This document shows, one piece after another, positions 28,886 through 37,124 of a stretch of 64,000 nt of DNA. The notes under the pieces are model-generated. The model ran no database searches. It was not told where the DNA came from and saw nothing but the letters and a program-made list of their open reading frames with translations. The DNA lies in the NCBI GenBank assembly GCA_045863395.1, contig BTVJ01000011.1, positions 64,001-128,000 of the forward strand. The letters run 5' to 3'. Both the position numbers and the translations under genes were made by a program. How positions within the stretch are numbered: position 1 is the first letter of the stretch; every line of letters starts with the position of its first letter. Origin of the DNA: Myxococcales bacterium. Lineage in GTDB: Bacteria > Myxococcota_A > UBA9042 > JABWCM01 > BTVJ01.

Positions 28886-30124
28886 ATGACGGGCAAGCTC
28901 GCGCGCGTTCAGTGGAAGATGGGGCAGACGCTGCTGCCCGAGCACTTCATCGCGCAGGAGGACTCGCTCCTGGCGGACGTGTCTCTGCGGTATCGCATCC
29001 GGGGGCTGCCGTCCTATGGGGTGGCCGCGCTGAAGTGGAACCCGACGCTGATCGCGGAGGGGGTGCTCTCCGTGAGCGCCATGACCGCGGTCATGCCGTC
29101 GGGGCTGCTCATCGACGTGCCGGGCAACGCATCCATCTCGCCGCTGAACCTGAATGTGCCCGGAAAGCCCCAGATCGCAGCGTACCTCCACGTGCTGGAA
29201 GGAGGCGGCGACGCGGGCACCTCGGGCGGCTTCGACATGGACGCCTCTGTGCCCCGGGTGACCCACACCCTGACCCTGTCCTGCGACCCCACCTGCCCTG
29301 GCGCCATCGAGAGCCTGAAGCTGGCGGAGCTGCGCAAGGGCCCCGACGGGCTGTGGGGACCGTCCGACAAGTACGTGCCGCCGCTGCTCCAGGTGGGCAC
29401 CTCGCCGTTCTTGATGGCGGAGCTGGACGAGCTGGCCCCGGCGCTGGACGTGTTCCAGTACAAGCTGGCCATGGACTCGGCCAGCTACCTGAGCGGCGCG
29501 GCCCTCTACCTGCTGCGGGGGTCGTTGCGCAGCGTCTACCGCATGCAGCGGCTCATCGCGAACCTGAAGGGGCAGGTGCACCTGCACCCCTACCTGGTCT
29601 ACGAGGAGCTCAAGGACTTCTACATCGAGGTCTGCTTCTACCGGGGGGCGGCCCCGCGGGACGCGGCGGCGCCATACCAGCACGACAACCTGGCGTCCTG
29701 CTTCAAGAAGGTGCTGGACCCGCTGCGGGAGCAGATGCAGCTCGCCGAGGTCCAGTCGCCGTACCAGCCCTTCATGCTGCGCGACGGCATCCAGCGCATC
29801 GAGCTGCCGGGGGACGTGCAGCAGGCGCGGGAGGTCTACTTCCTGATCCAGAAGCGGGAGATGCAGCGGAGCGTGTCGCTCGGGGAGCTCAAGCTGGCGA
29901 GCCCCTCGCGCCTGTCCATGGTGCACAAGCTCGCGCTGGAGGGCATCCCGCTGCGCAAGACTGACCGCCCGGCCATCGCCCACTCCTTCGGGCCGGAGGT
30001 GGAGTTCTACCAGCTCGGACAGGGCGTGGAGTGGGACCACGCGGTGCGGGAGGACGCCGTGGCCTTCTACCACCGGCCCGACTATGACGGGCTCGAGTTC
30101 TACCTGTACTGGAACCGCGGCTGA
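28886..30124 (+). CDS. tssK: Baseplate TssK (IglD-like)
   Basis: RVQWKMGQTLLPEHF, YGV, YVPPLL, HPYLVY, YQHDNLASCF, LKLASP. Confidence 0.88.
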   Translation: MTGKLARVQWKMGQTLLPEHFIAQEDSLLADVSLRYRIRGLPSYGVAALKWNPTLIAEGVLSVSAMTAVMPSGLLIDVPGNASISPLNLNVPGKPQIAAYLHVLEGGGDAGTSGGFDMDASVPRVTHTLTLSCDPTCPGAIESLKLAELRKGPDGLWGPSDKYVPPLLQVGTSPFLMAELDELAPALDVFQYKLAMDSASYLSGAALYLLRGSLRSVYRMQRLIANLKGQVHLHPYLVYEELKDFYIEVCFYRGAAPRDAAAPYQHDNLASCFKKVLDPLREQMQLAEVQSPYQPFMLRDGIQRIELPGDVQQAREVYFLIQKREMQRSVSLGELKLASPSRLSMVHKLALEGIPLRKTDRPAIAHSFGPEVEFYQLGQGVEWDHAVREDAVAFYHRPDYDGLEFYLYWNRG

Positions 30125-30501
30125 TGGCGCTGTTCGACAAGTTCGCGCCCGCGGGCGGGCCCCTCGGGCGCGCCGCCGAGGTGGAGGGGATCCTCGAGAA
30201 CCTGGAGAACGTGCTCAACACGAAGCGCGGGTGGGGCTCGCCGCTGCCGGACTTCGGCATTCGGACGCTGACGGAGTACACCTCCCGCGAGGACATCGCG
30301 CGGGCGGTCATGGTGGAGATCCGGGAGTGCATCGAGCGGTACGAGCCGCGGCTGCGGCTGGAGGCGATCACCGTGGAGGAGCGGGAGCGCGCGCCCTTCC
30401 GCCTGTCGTTCACGCTGCGGTGCGCCCTGGTGGACGGCGCCCAGCTCGTGCGGGTGAGCGTCAACACGGTGTTCGGCAGCTTCGACGTCAGCCGGGACTG
30501 A
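30124..30501 (+). CDS. tssE: Baseplate TssE (gp25-like)
   Basis: NLENVLNTKRG..PDFGI...IERYEPRL. Confidence 0.9.
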   Translation: MALFDKFAPAGGPLGRAAEVEGILENLENVLNTKRGWGSPLPDFGIRTLTEYTSREDIARAVMVEIRECIERYEPRLRLEAITVEERERAPFRLSFTLRCALVDGAQLVRVSVNTVFGSFDVSRD

Positions 30502-30519
30502 CGGCCTGAGGGGACCACC

Positions 30520-31107
30520 ATGGCGCTGATGTGCCGGGTCGAGCTGAACAAGACCACGGGGATCACCATCACGGTGGACAACCCCGACGGCAAGATCACG
30601 CAGACGGTGACCATGGACGGCACCACCATGACCCTGACGGTCAAGGGGGAGTCGGACACCAGCACCATCACCCAGAAGGCGGACAGCATCGCCATCGCGT
30701 GCAAGACCTTCACTCTTGACGCGGAGACCGTCACGGTGAACTCCACCAAGGACACGCTGCACGAGAGCCAGGCGAAGTTCACGGTGAAGAGCGCGCAGGA
30801 CATGAGCCTCAGCACCGACGCCAAGCTGACGGCGGCGGCGACGGGGGACCTCGCCGCGAGCGGGGCGAACCTGACGGCGTCGGCGCAGCAGACCGCAGAG
30901 CTCAAGGGGACGGACGTGAAGGTCACCGGCACCAGCTCGGCCAAGGTCAAGGCGGCGCAGACCGAAGTGGCGGGCGACGCGCAGACCGACGTGAAGGGCG
31001 CCATGGTCAAGGTGGCGGCGTCCGCGACGCTGGATCTCGAGGGCCAGATGACCACGCTCAAGGGGCAGATGACCAAGGTCGAGGGGGCGCTGGTCAAGCT
31101 GGGGTAG
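30520..31107 (+). CDS. Stand-alone VgrG/gp5-type beta-helix spike
   Basis: 195 aa, Thr/Lys/Gly-rich short beta repeats (ELKGTDVKVTG, DVKGAMVKVAA, TLKGQMTKVEGALVKLG); no gp27 domain. Confidence 0.75.
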   Translation: MALMCRVELNKTTGITITVDNPDGKITQTVTMDGTTMTLTVKGESDTSTITQKADSIAIACKTFTLDAETVTVNSTKDTLHESQAKFTVKSAQDMSLSTDAKLTAAATGDLAASGANLTASAQQTAELKGTDVKVTGTSSAKVKAAQTEVAGDAQTDVKGAMVKVAASATLDLEGQMTTLKGQMTKVEGALVKLG

Positions 31108-31119
31108 CGGGAGACGGAC

Positions 31120-32730
31120 GTGTACTCGGACGAGCGGCTCTACAAGGCGTTCCTGGCGGAGATGCAGGCCCTGGAGGGGTTCCGGATGGCCTACGCCTCG
31201 GAGCACCCGGCCGCTCCGCTGGGGCGCGAGGACCCGGACGTGCGCCGGATGGTCGAGGCGCTGGCCTTCTTCGCGGCGCGCTCCCGGCTGGCGGGGCAGG
31301 GCAGCATCGCCGCCGTGCGCCGCCGCCTGCTCCGCCAGGTCCTGCCGTACCTGCTCGCGCCGCTGCCGGCCATGGGGCTCGTCCAGGCCACGCCGACGGG
31401 GCGGTTCTCGGAGACCGCGGTGCTGCCGCGCGGGACGGAGATGGAGCTGCGGGGCTCTGGAGCGTCTGCGATCTTCCGCACGCTGCGGGAGCTGCGGGTG
31501 CTGCCCCTGACCCTCGGGCGGGTCGACGCCGTGCCCAGGGCGGACGGGGGCACACGGTACCTGCTGCCCTTCCAGGCGCCGTACCCCCGCAACGACGCCA
31601 TCGGGCGGCTGTCCCTGCGGGTCGACTTCCTCGACGACTACCCCGCGTCCCTGTCCATGGTCCACGCGCTGCGGCGCCACCTGCGCGGCGTCAGCGTCTC
31701 CTTCGAGGAGCGCGTCGATGGCGAGACGCGGGGGGCACCCTGCCAGGTGAGCTTCGGGCTCGGCGCGGAGGACCTGGAAGAGGCGTGGCCCCACCCCATC
31801 GAGCGCGAGCGGGGGTGGTTCCAGTTCCCCGCGGCCGACCTGTTCATGGACGTGGAGGTCGCCGAGCCCCCGCGCAACTGGCGCCGCTTCGTGCTGTGCG
31901 TGGACGTGGACGCCGGGTGGCCTCGCGGGCTGAGGCTGTCGCGCAACGTGCTCCAGCTCTTCTCCGTGCCGGTCGTCAACGTGCAGCGCTGCATGTGCCA
32001 GCCCATCGTGGCGGACGGCACCCGGACGCAGCTCCCCATCCGCCACCCGCGCCCCGCCATGCGCATGGAGCTCCAGTCCGTCCACGGGGTGTACCGGGTG
32101 ACGGAGGGGGGGCTCGTTCCGCTGCGACCTGGCGCGCTGGCGGGGGGCAGCGGCTCCTACGAGCTCGCCCAGTCGGAGCTGCCCGACGGGCGGCGGGTGC
32201 ACGAGCTGTGGCTCCACCTGCCCGAGGCCTTCGTGGCGCCGGCGACGGTGGTGGTGGATGGGGCGTGGTGTCAGCCGTGGTTCCGCCCCTCGTCGGGAGA
32301 GAAGGTCGCCGTGGCGCCGTATCGGCGGGCCATCGCGGGGCTGGAGTGGGAGGTGGGCGGCTCCTTCGCCCCCTACCGCGCGGGGGAGCTGGATGGAGAC
32401 ATGGACGCGCTGATGCACGTGCTCGTGCTCCAGAACAAGAGCCGCATGGACCGTGACGACCTGGACACGCTGCTCCAGGGGCTCGGAAGCGTGTGGGCGG
32501 GGCCGTTCGCGGCGGTCCGGGCGCTGCTCGGACGGGTGGACGTGCGCGAGGTGCCCATGCAGCGGCCGGGCGGCCCGACCGGCGTCAAGCTGGTGTACGA
32601 GCTGCGCATGAGGGAGCACGAGGCGGGCCTGGACCCGCTGATCGAGGCGTTTGCCGGTCGGGTCCAGCGCATCCTGGACGCCTGGATCTCCGAGGCGCCC
32701 GTCGAGGTGCGGGTGGGGAGGGACGGGTGA
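31120..32730 (+). CDS. tssF: Baseplate TssF
   Basis: EDPDVRRMVEALAFFAAR, PYLLAPLPAMG, LFSVPVVN. Confidence 0.88.
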   Translation: MYSDERLYKAFLAEMQALEGFRMAYASEHPAAPLGREDPDVRRMVEALAFFAARSRLAGQGSIAAVRRRLLRQVLPYLLAPLPAMGLVQATPTGRFSETAVLPRGTEMELRGSGASAIFRTLRELRVLPLTLGRVDAVPRADGGTRYLLPFQAPYPRNDAIGRLSLRVDFLDDYPASLSMVHALRRHLRGVSVSFEERVDGETRGAPCQVSFGLGAEDLEEAWPHPIERERGWFQFPAADLFMDVEVAEPPRNWRRFVLCVDVDAGWPRGLRLSRNVLQLFSVPVVNVQRCMCQPIVADGTRTQLPIRHPRPAMRMELQSVHGVYRVTEGGLVPLRPGALAGGSGSYELAQSELPDGRRVHELWLHLPEAFVAPATVVVDGAWCQPWFRPSSGEKVAVAPYRRAIAGLEWEVGGSFAPYRAGELDGDMDALMHVLVLQNKSRMDRDDLDTLLQGLGSVWAGPFAAVRALLGRVDVREVPMQRPGGPTGVKLVYELRMREHEAGLDPLIEAFAGRVQRILDAWISEAPVEVRVGRDG

Positions 32731-33053
32731 AGGGGGTCCTGCGCGATCTGCTGTCCCCCGAGCGGGTGCGCCGCTCCTGGGCCGTGGAGGAGCCTGCCGC
32801 TCCGGTCGTCCCCGCCGACGAGGCCGTGGCGCTGGTCTCCGAGCTGCGGGCCATGGTCACCGCCCAGCTCCCGGGGGAGGACGGGCTCCTCTGCATGGTG
32901 GACCTGCTCGCCCAGAAGGTGGCGGCCTGGGACGCCACCCGGGGAGGGGAGGGCGGCATGGGGGCGGCGGACATCGAGGCCCTCGCCTCCCGCATCGGCG
33001 ACGTCATCGACGCGCTCACGGTGGCGGGGCGCAGGCGCGGAGGGCCGGAGTGA
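32727..33053 (+). CDS. Small helical hypothetical protein inside the baseplate operon
   Basis: GTGA overlap with the tssF stop and TGATG overlap with the tssG start; 108 aa. Confidence 0.65.
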   Translation: MKGVLRDLLSPERVRRSWAVEEPAAPVVPADEAVALVSELRAMVTAQLPGEDGLLCMVDLLAQKVAAWDATRGGEGGMGAADIEALASRIGDVIDALTVAGRRRGGPE

Positions 33054-33940
33054 TGGGCCCGGGGGCCATGTCGCCGGAGGAGCGGCGGAGAGTCCAGCAG
33101 CGGGTGGTGCAGCGGGCGCCGTCCATGGAGATTCCGGCGCTGCTGGATCTGCTCTCGTGGCTCGGCTGGCACGCGGACGAGGTGCGCTTCGTCAGCCCGC
33201 CGTCGAGCGTGTCCCAGCCGGGGATGATCGCCGGGGTCGAGTTCGTCGATGAGCCGCGTCACGTCAATGTTCTCTTGAATATCGGGTTGCTCGGCGCGCA
33301 GAGCCCGCTGCCCAGCTACTTCTTCAAGCGCATGGACCAGATCGGCTTCGACTCGGGGCACTTCGCCGAGTTCATCGGCTTCTTCGACCACGCCGCGCTC
33401 GTGGATCTGCTCCGGGCCATCTACCCCGAGATTGACGTCCGTCTGTACCCGGACTGGGAGAGAGCCAAGCGGCGAGAGGTTCAGCTCCTGAATCTGCGAT
33501 CCACGTCGACCTTGACCTGGATGCTGCGGTCGGTGTTCCCGGATCTCGGGGTCGTCATCGACAAGGCGACGGTCCTGCGAGAGATCGAGTCGGGCGGCGT
33601 GCGCCTCGGGAGCGCGACCCTCGGCGGAGACTCCGTGCTGGGGCGGAAGGTCAGGATCCCCGTCCAGACGCGGCAGATAGTGCTCGTCGCCGAGACTGAG
33701 CGCGCCGCGAGCGGGCTCGCCTGGCCATCCGAGATTCGGGAGCGGCTGGTCCGCATCGTCTTCCCCATCCTGGCTTCGGTGGGGGTGGACCTCGACATCC
33801 ACCTGGAGGTGCGGGCCCAGGAGACCGTCGCGCGCCTCCACGGGGGCAGCTATCTCGGCTACGACCGCGTGCAGGGCGGCGGGGCCAGCTTTCGCAGGAT
33901 ACGGATCTACTCGGGAAACACGGCGCTCCACCCGTCGTAG
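33053..33940 (+). CDS. tssG: Baseplate TssG
   Basis: IGLLGAQSPLPSYF, FIGFFDH, RLGSATLG...LG. Confidence 0.85.
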   Translation: MGPGAMSPEERRRVQQRVVQRAPSMEIPALLDLLSWLGWHADEVRFVSPPSSVSQPGMIAGVEFVDEPRHVNVLLNIGLLGAQSPLPSYFFKRMDQIGFDSGHFAEFIGFFDHAALVDLLRAIYPEIDVRLYPDWERAKRREVQLLNLRSTSTLTWMLRSVFPDLGVVIDKATVLREIESGGVRLGSATLGGDSVLGRKVRIPVQTRQIVLVAETERAASGLAWPSEIRERLVRIVFPILASVGVDLDIHLEVRAQETVARLHGGSYLGYDRVQGGGASFRRIRIYSGNTALHPS

Positions 33941-33969
33941 CGGGGCGCCATTTGGGAAAGTGAGGACTC

Positions 33970-34989
33970 ATGGATCTGAGCACACTCCAGCGGTCGTTCG
34001 CGGTGACAGAGAGTCCGGGGCTGGACACCCTCGACCCGCGCATGGGGGAGATCTCCGACCGTGTGCAGGGGGGAGACTTCGTCGGGGCGGCGGAGCAGGT
34101 GCTGGGGCTGCTCGACGAGGGCATCTGCGACATGCGCCTCATCGGGTATGCGGCCTTCGGCGCGTTCGTCGACGGCGGCGTCGCGGCCCTCCTGCCGGCC
34201 ATCGTGGGGCTGACGCACATCCTGGAGGACTGCTGGGAGGCCTTCGGGCCGGTGTCCCAGCGCGAGAAGGGGTGCCAGTCGAGCCTGACGTGGTTCGCCA
34301 AGCAGACCATGAAGCGGCTCCAGCGGGAGGAGGGGGTCCAGGGCGGAACGTGGGCCGGGTGGATCGCGTCGGTCACTCCCGATGACGTGGAGACGACGGT
34401 GAGGCGGCTCGGGCGGCTGCAGGGGGCCGTGGACGAGCGGCTCGGGGGGGGAGCGGCGCCGGTCCTCGACGGGCTGAGCAAGCTTCGGAGCTGGCTCGAC
34501 CAGTTCAAGAACGCGGTGCCGTACCCCGAGGAGGAGCCGGAGGAGCCGGAGGTCCCCGAGGTCCGGGAGGAGGCCGCGGCGTCGGACATGCAGCCGGCTC
34601 CGGCAGCGGCCTCGGCGCCGCCCCCGGGGTGGGGCGTGCCCACGTCGTGGACGCCGCCGGCCCCCCTGCTCGCGGCCCAGGGCTCGCCGCACCTCGCGCT
34701 GCTGCTGCGCAAGCTGGAGGCGTTCAGCCAGCTCGTGGAGCGGGAGGAGTTCGCCCGGGCGCTGATCGTCGCCGACGACGTCAACGAGACCCTGGAGCGC
34801 TTCGACCCCACGCTCTACTTTCCGTCCTTCTTCAAGGTGTTCGCGAGGATGCAGGCGCTCCACGCGAGCCAGCTCATCGAGTTCGCGGAGTATCGGGAGA
34901 CGCCCGAGTGGCGCGCGCTCCAGACCCTCTACCGCATCGACGTCGACGAGTTCGTGAACCTGCAGTCGCAGCGCAACGACCCGGAGTGA
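33970..34989 (+). CDS. IglI-family / TssA (ImpA-N)-like T6SS protein
   Basis: DMRLIGY, GLTHILEDCWEAFGP, SLTW (ImpA-N-like); Pro/Glu linker; helical C-domain FDPTLYFP. Confidence 0.65.
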   Translation: MDLSTLQRSFAVTESPGLDTLDPRMGEISDRVQGGDFVGAAEQVLGLLDEGICDMRLIGYAAFGAFVDGGVAALLPAIVGLTHILEDCWEAFGPVSQREKGCQSSLTWFAKQTMKRLQREEGVQGGTWAGWIASVTPDDVETTVRRLGRLQGAVDERLGGGAAPVLDGLSKLRSWLDQFKNAVPYPEEEPEEPEVPEVREEAAASDMQPAPAAASAPPPGWGVPTSWTPPAPLLAAQGSPHLALLLRKLEAFSQLVEREEFARALIVADDVNETLERFDPTLYFPSFFKVFARMQALHASQLIEFAEYRETPEWRALQTLYRIDVDEFVNLQSQRNDPE

Positions 34990-35001
34990 CGGTCCCGCGG
35001 C

Positions 35002-36897
35002 TCAGACCTGCTGCTCCACCCGGTCCAGCTCCGCGAGGGCCGTCGACCGGGCCGTGGCGATGCGCGCGATGGCCTGCTCGACGAGAGAGTCCACCTGCGC
35101 GAGCAGCGGGTCGAGGGCGGCGGCTCCTTGCGCGTCCAGACCATCGGCGGCGGAACGAATCCCCCCCAGGGCAGCGTCCTGAGCAGATGTGACGGATTGG
35201 AGCTGCGCGGCGAGCTGCGCCCTGGTCTGCTCGGCGCCGGCCTCGAAGCCCGACCGCGCAGTCTCCATCGCCTCGCGAATGGCGCTGAGGGTTTGCGTCG
35301 CCGTCGCCTTGCCCGCGTCCAGCGCCGCGTCTGTCTGGGTGCGCGCCGTCGCGGCCTGCGCAGTCATCGTGTCTCTCGCAGAATCGAGCTGGGCGCGCAC
35401 TCCGTCGATGCCCCCGCTCGTGCCGCTGCGGAGCTGAGAGAGGGATCCGTCGGCGGTGGTCGAGAGCGCGTCGACCTGCGCGGCGGCCTGCGCCTCGATG
35501 GAGTCGATCTGTGTTGCGGCCTGGGATTTTGCGGCCTCCACCTGCGAGATGGCGCCGTCCACGGTCTCCTGAATCTGGGTCTCGATCGCCCCGACCTGCT
35601 GCTTGACCGTGTCGACCACCGCCCCGATCTGGGTGACGAGCTGCTCGCGGAGCTGGTCTATCTGTGTCGTCGCCTGGGATGACAGGGTCTCGATCTGACC
35701 GCCGATCTGGGTCTGGAGCGTGCCTACCTGCGTGATCGCCGTCTCGGCGGCAGACTGGAGCTTCGGGGCCATCTGGGAGGAGACGTTCGAGATGGCGGAT
35801 TGAACCGTCGAGACCAAGGCCTCGGGCACCGCGTCCGCGGGGATCGCGTCCAAGGCGTTCAGCGCGGTGGTCAGCGTAGACTTGAGCAGGTCGAGGAAGC
35901 CCTGGACCTTCTCCTGGAGCGCAGCGAGGGCCGTCACCACGGCCTCGAAGGAGGTCATCAGCGTGTCGCGGAGCTGGGTCACGGCGGCGAGGAGGCCGTC
36001 GATGGTGGCAGACGCGGCCTGGATCGCTGCGTCCGCCGTCTCCCGCAGGCCCTGCACGGTCGCCGTGACCGCGGTCACCACCTGCTGGATCGTGGACTCG
36101 GCCGTGCCCACCACCTGCGCGATGACCGCCTTGGCGTCTCGCAGCGCCGAGCGCACCGTGTCCACCGACGCCGACAGCGACGCGCCGGTCTGGTCCACTG
36201 CCTGGCGGACCGGGGCGATGGCGGCGCGCAGGTCCTCTTTGGTGGTGGCGATGGTGCCCGCCAGGGATGTCGCCAGGGCGTCGAGCTGCTCCGCCGGCGG
36301 GTCCACCGTGTCGTCCAGGGCCTTGCGGACGGCCACGGCGCGGGCCTTCAGGTCGTCGACGGTCGTCGTGACGCTCTCTCTCGTGGTCGCGACCGCCTCG
36401 TCGATGGTCTCGAGGAGCACGTCGAAGGGGGTCAGACCCTTGGTCTGGAAGTCCTCGCTGGCGGCTCTGGCGGTCGCCACGGCGGTGTCGAGGGAGGCGC
36501 GTCTCGACGCGAGGGAGGAGTCCACCCCGCCGAGGGCGTCTGAGAGCTCCTTGTCGATGGCCCCGAGAGTGCCGGTCGTGGCCTCCCGCGTCGCCTCGAT
36601 CTGGGCGGCGAGGGCGTCCAGGCGCTGCGCCTCGTTCGGGGCCGCTGCACGCCGCGCCTCGACGCGGGCGCTCACACCGGCGCACCGCTGCTCCACCTCT
36701 CCCGACGTGGTCTGCGCCTCCGCGGAGACCTGTCCCGCCGCCCCTTGGAGACGACCGGTGACCTCGCCAGCGCGGGCGCCGACCTTCTGCGCCGCTTCTT
36801 CAACGAGCGCGGTGAGCGAGGCGGCGCGTCCGGCGAGCTCGTCGCGGGAGGTCTGGGCGTCGGCTCTCACGGCCTCGATGGGGGTCCAGAGGCTCAT
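35002..36897 (-). CDS. Long Ala/Thr/Gln-rich amphipathic helical repeat protein (tape-measure- or apolipoprotein-like)
   Basis: 631 aa, few aromatic residues, 11-residue repeats interrupted by 7-residue units. Confidence 0.75.
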   Translation of the reverse strand: MSLWTPIEAVRADAQTSRDELAGRAASLTALVEEAAQKVGARAGEVTGRLQGAAGQVSAEAQTTSGEVEQRCAGVSARVEARRAAAPNEAQRLDALAAQIEATREATTGTLGAIDKELSDALGGVDSSLASRRASLDTAVATARAASEDFQTKGLTPFDVLLETIDEAVATTRESVTTTVDDLKARAVAVRKALDDTVDPPAEQLDALATSLAGTIATTKEDLRAAIAPVRQAVDQTGASLSASVDTVRSALRDAKAVIAQVVGTAESTIQQVVTAVTATVQGLRETADAAIQAASATIDGLLAAVTQLRDTLMTSFEAVVTALAALQEKVQGFLDLLKSTLTTALNALDAIPADAVPEALVSTVQSAISNVSSQMAPKLQSAAETAITQVGTLQTQIGGQIETLSSQATTQIDQLREQLVTQIGAVVDTVKQQVGAIETQIQETVDGAISQVEAAKSQAATQIDSIEAQAAAQVDALSTTADGSLSQLRSGTSGGIDGVRAQLDSARDTMTAQAATARTQTDAALDAGKATATQTLSAIREAMETARSGFEAGAEQTRAQLAAQLQSVTSAQDAALGGIRSAADGLDAQGAAALDPLLAQVDSLVEQAIARIATARSTALAELDRVEQQV

Positions 36898-36901
36898 CGC
36901 G

Positions 36902-37123
36902 TCACTCCGCCATCGCTGTCAGCTCCGCGATCAGCGTCTCGACCTGGGATGCCACGTCGTCTTTGGCCGCGCGGGCCGTCCCTCCGAAGCCCGCGAGCGG
37001 CGTGAGGTCGGGCGCGAGGGCCTCGATCTCGGCCTCCACCACCCCCACGCTGGCCCCCAGCTCCTGGACCGCGGTCTCCACCGCTGCACCGATGCCTTCC
37101 ACCTTCGCGAAGAGCCCCGCCAT
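36902..37123 (-). CDS. Small helical-hairpin protein
   Basis: 73 aa, packed 1 nt after the hub gene and 4 nt before the repeat gene; same composition. Confidence 0.7.
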   Translation of the reverse strand: MAGLFAKVEGIGAAVETAVQELGASVGVVEAEIEALAPDLTPLAGFGGTARAAKDDVASQVETLIAELTAMAE

Positions 37124-37124
37124 G

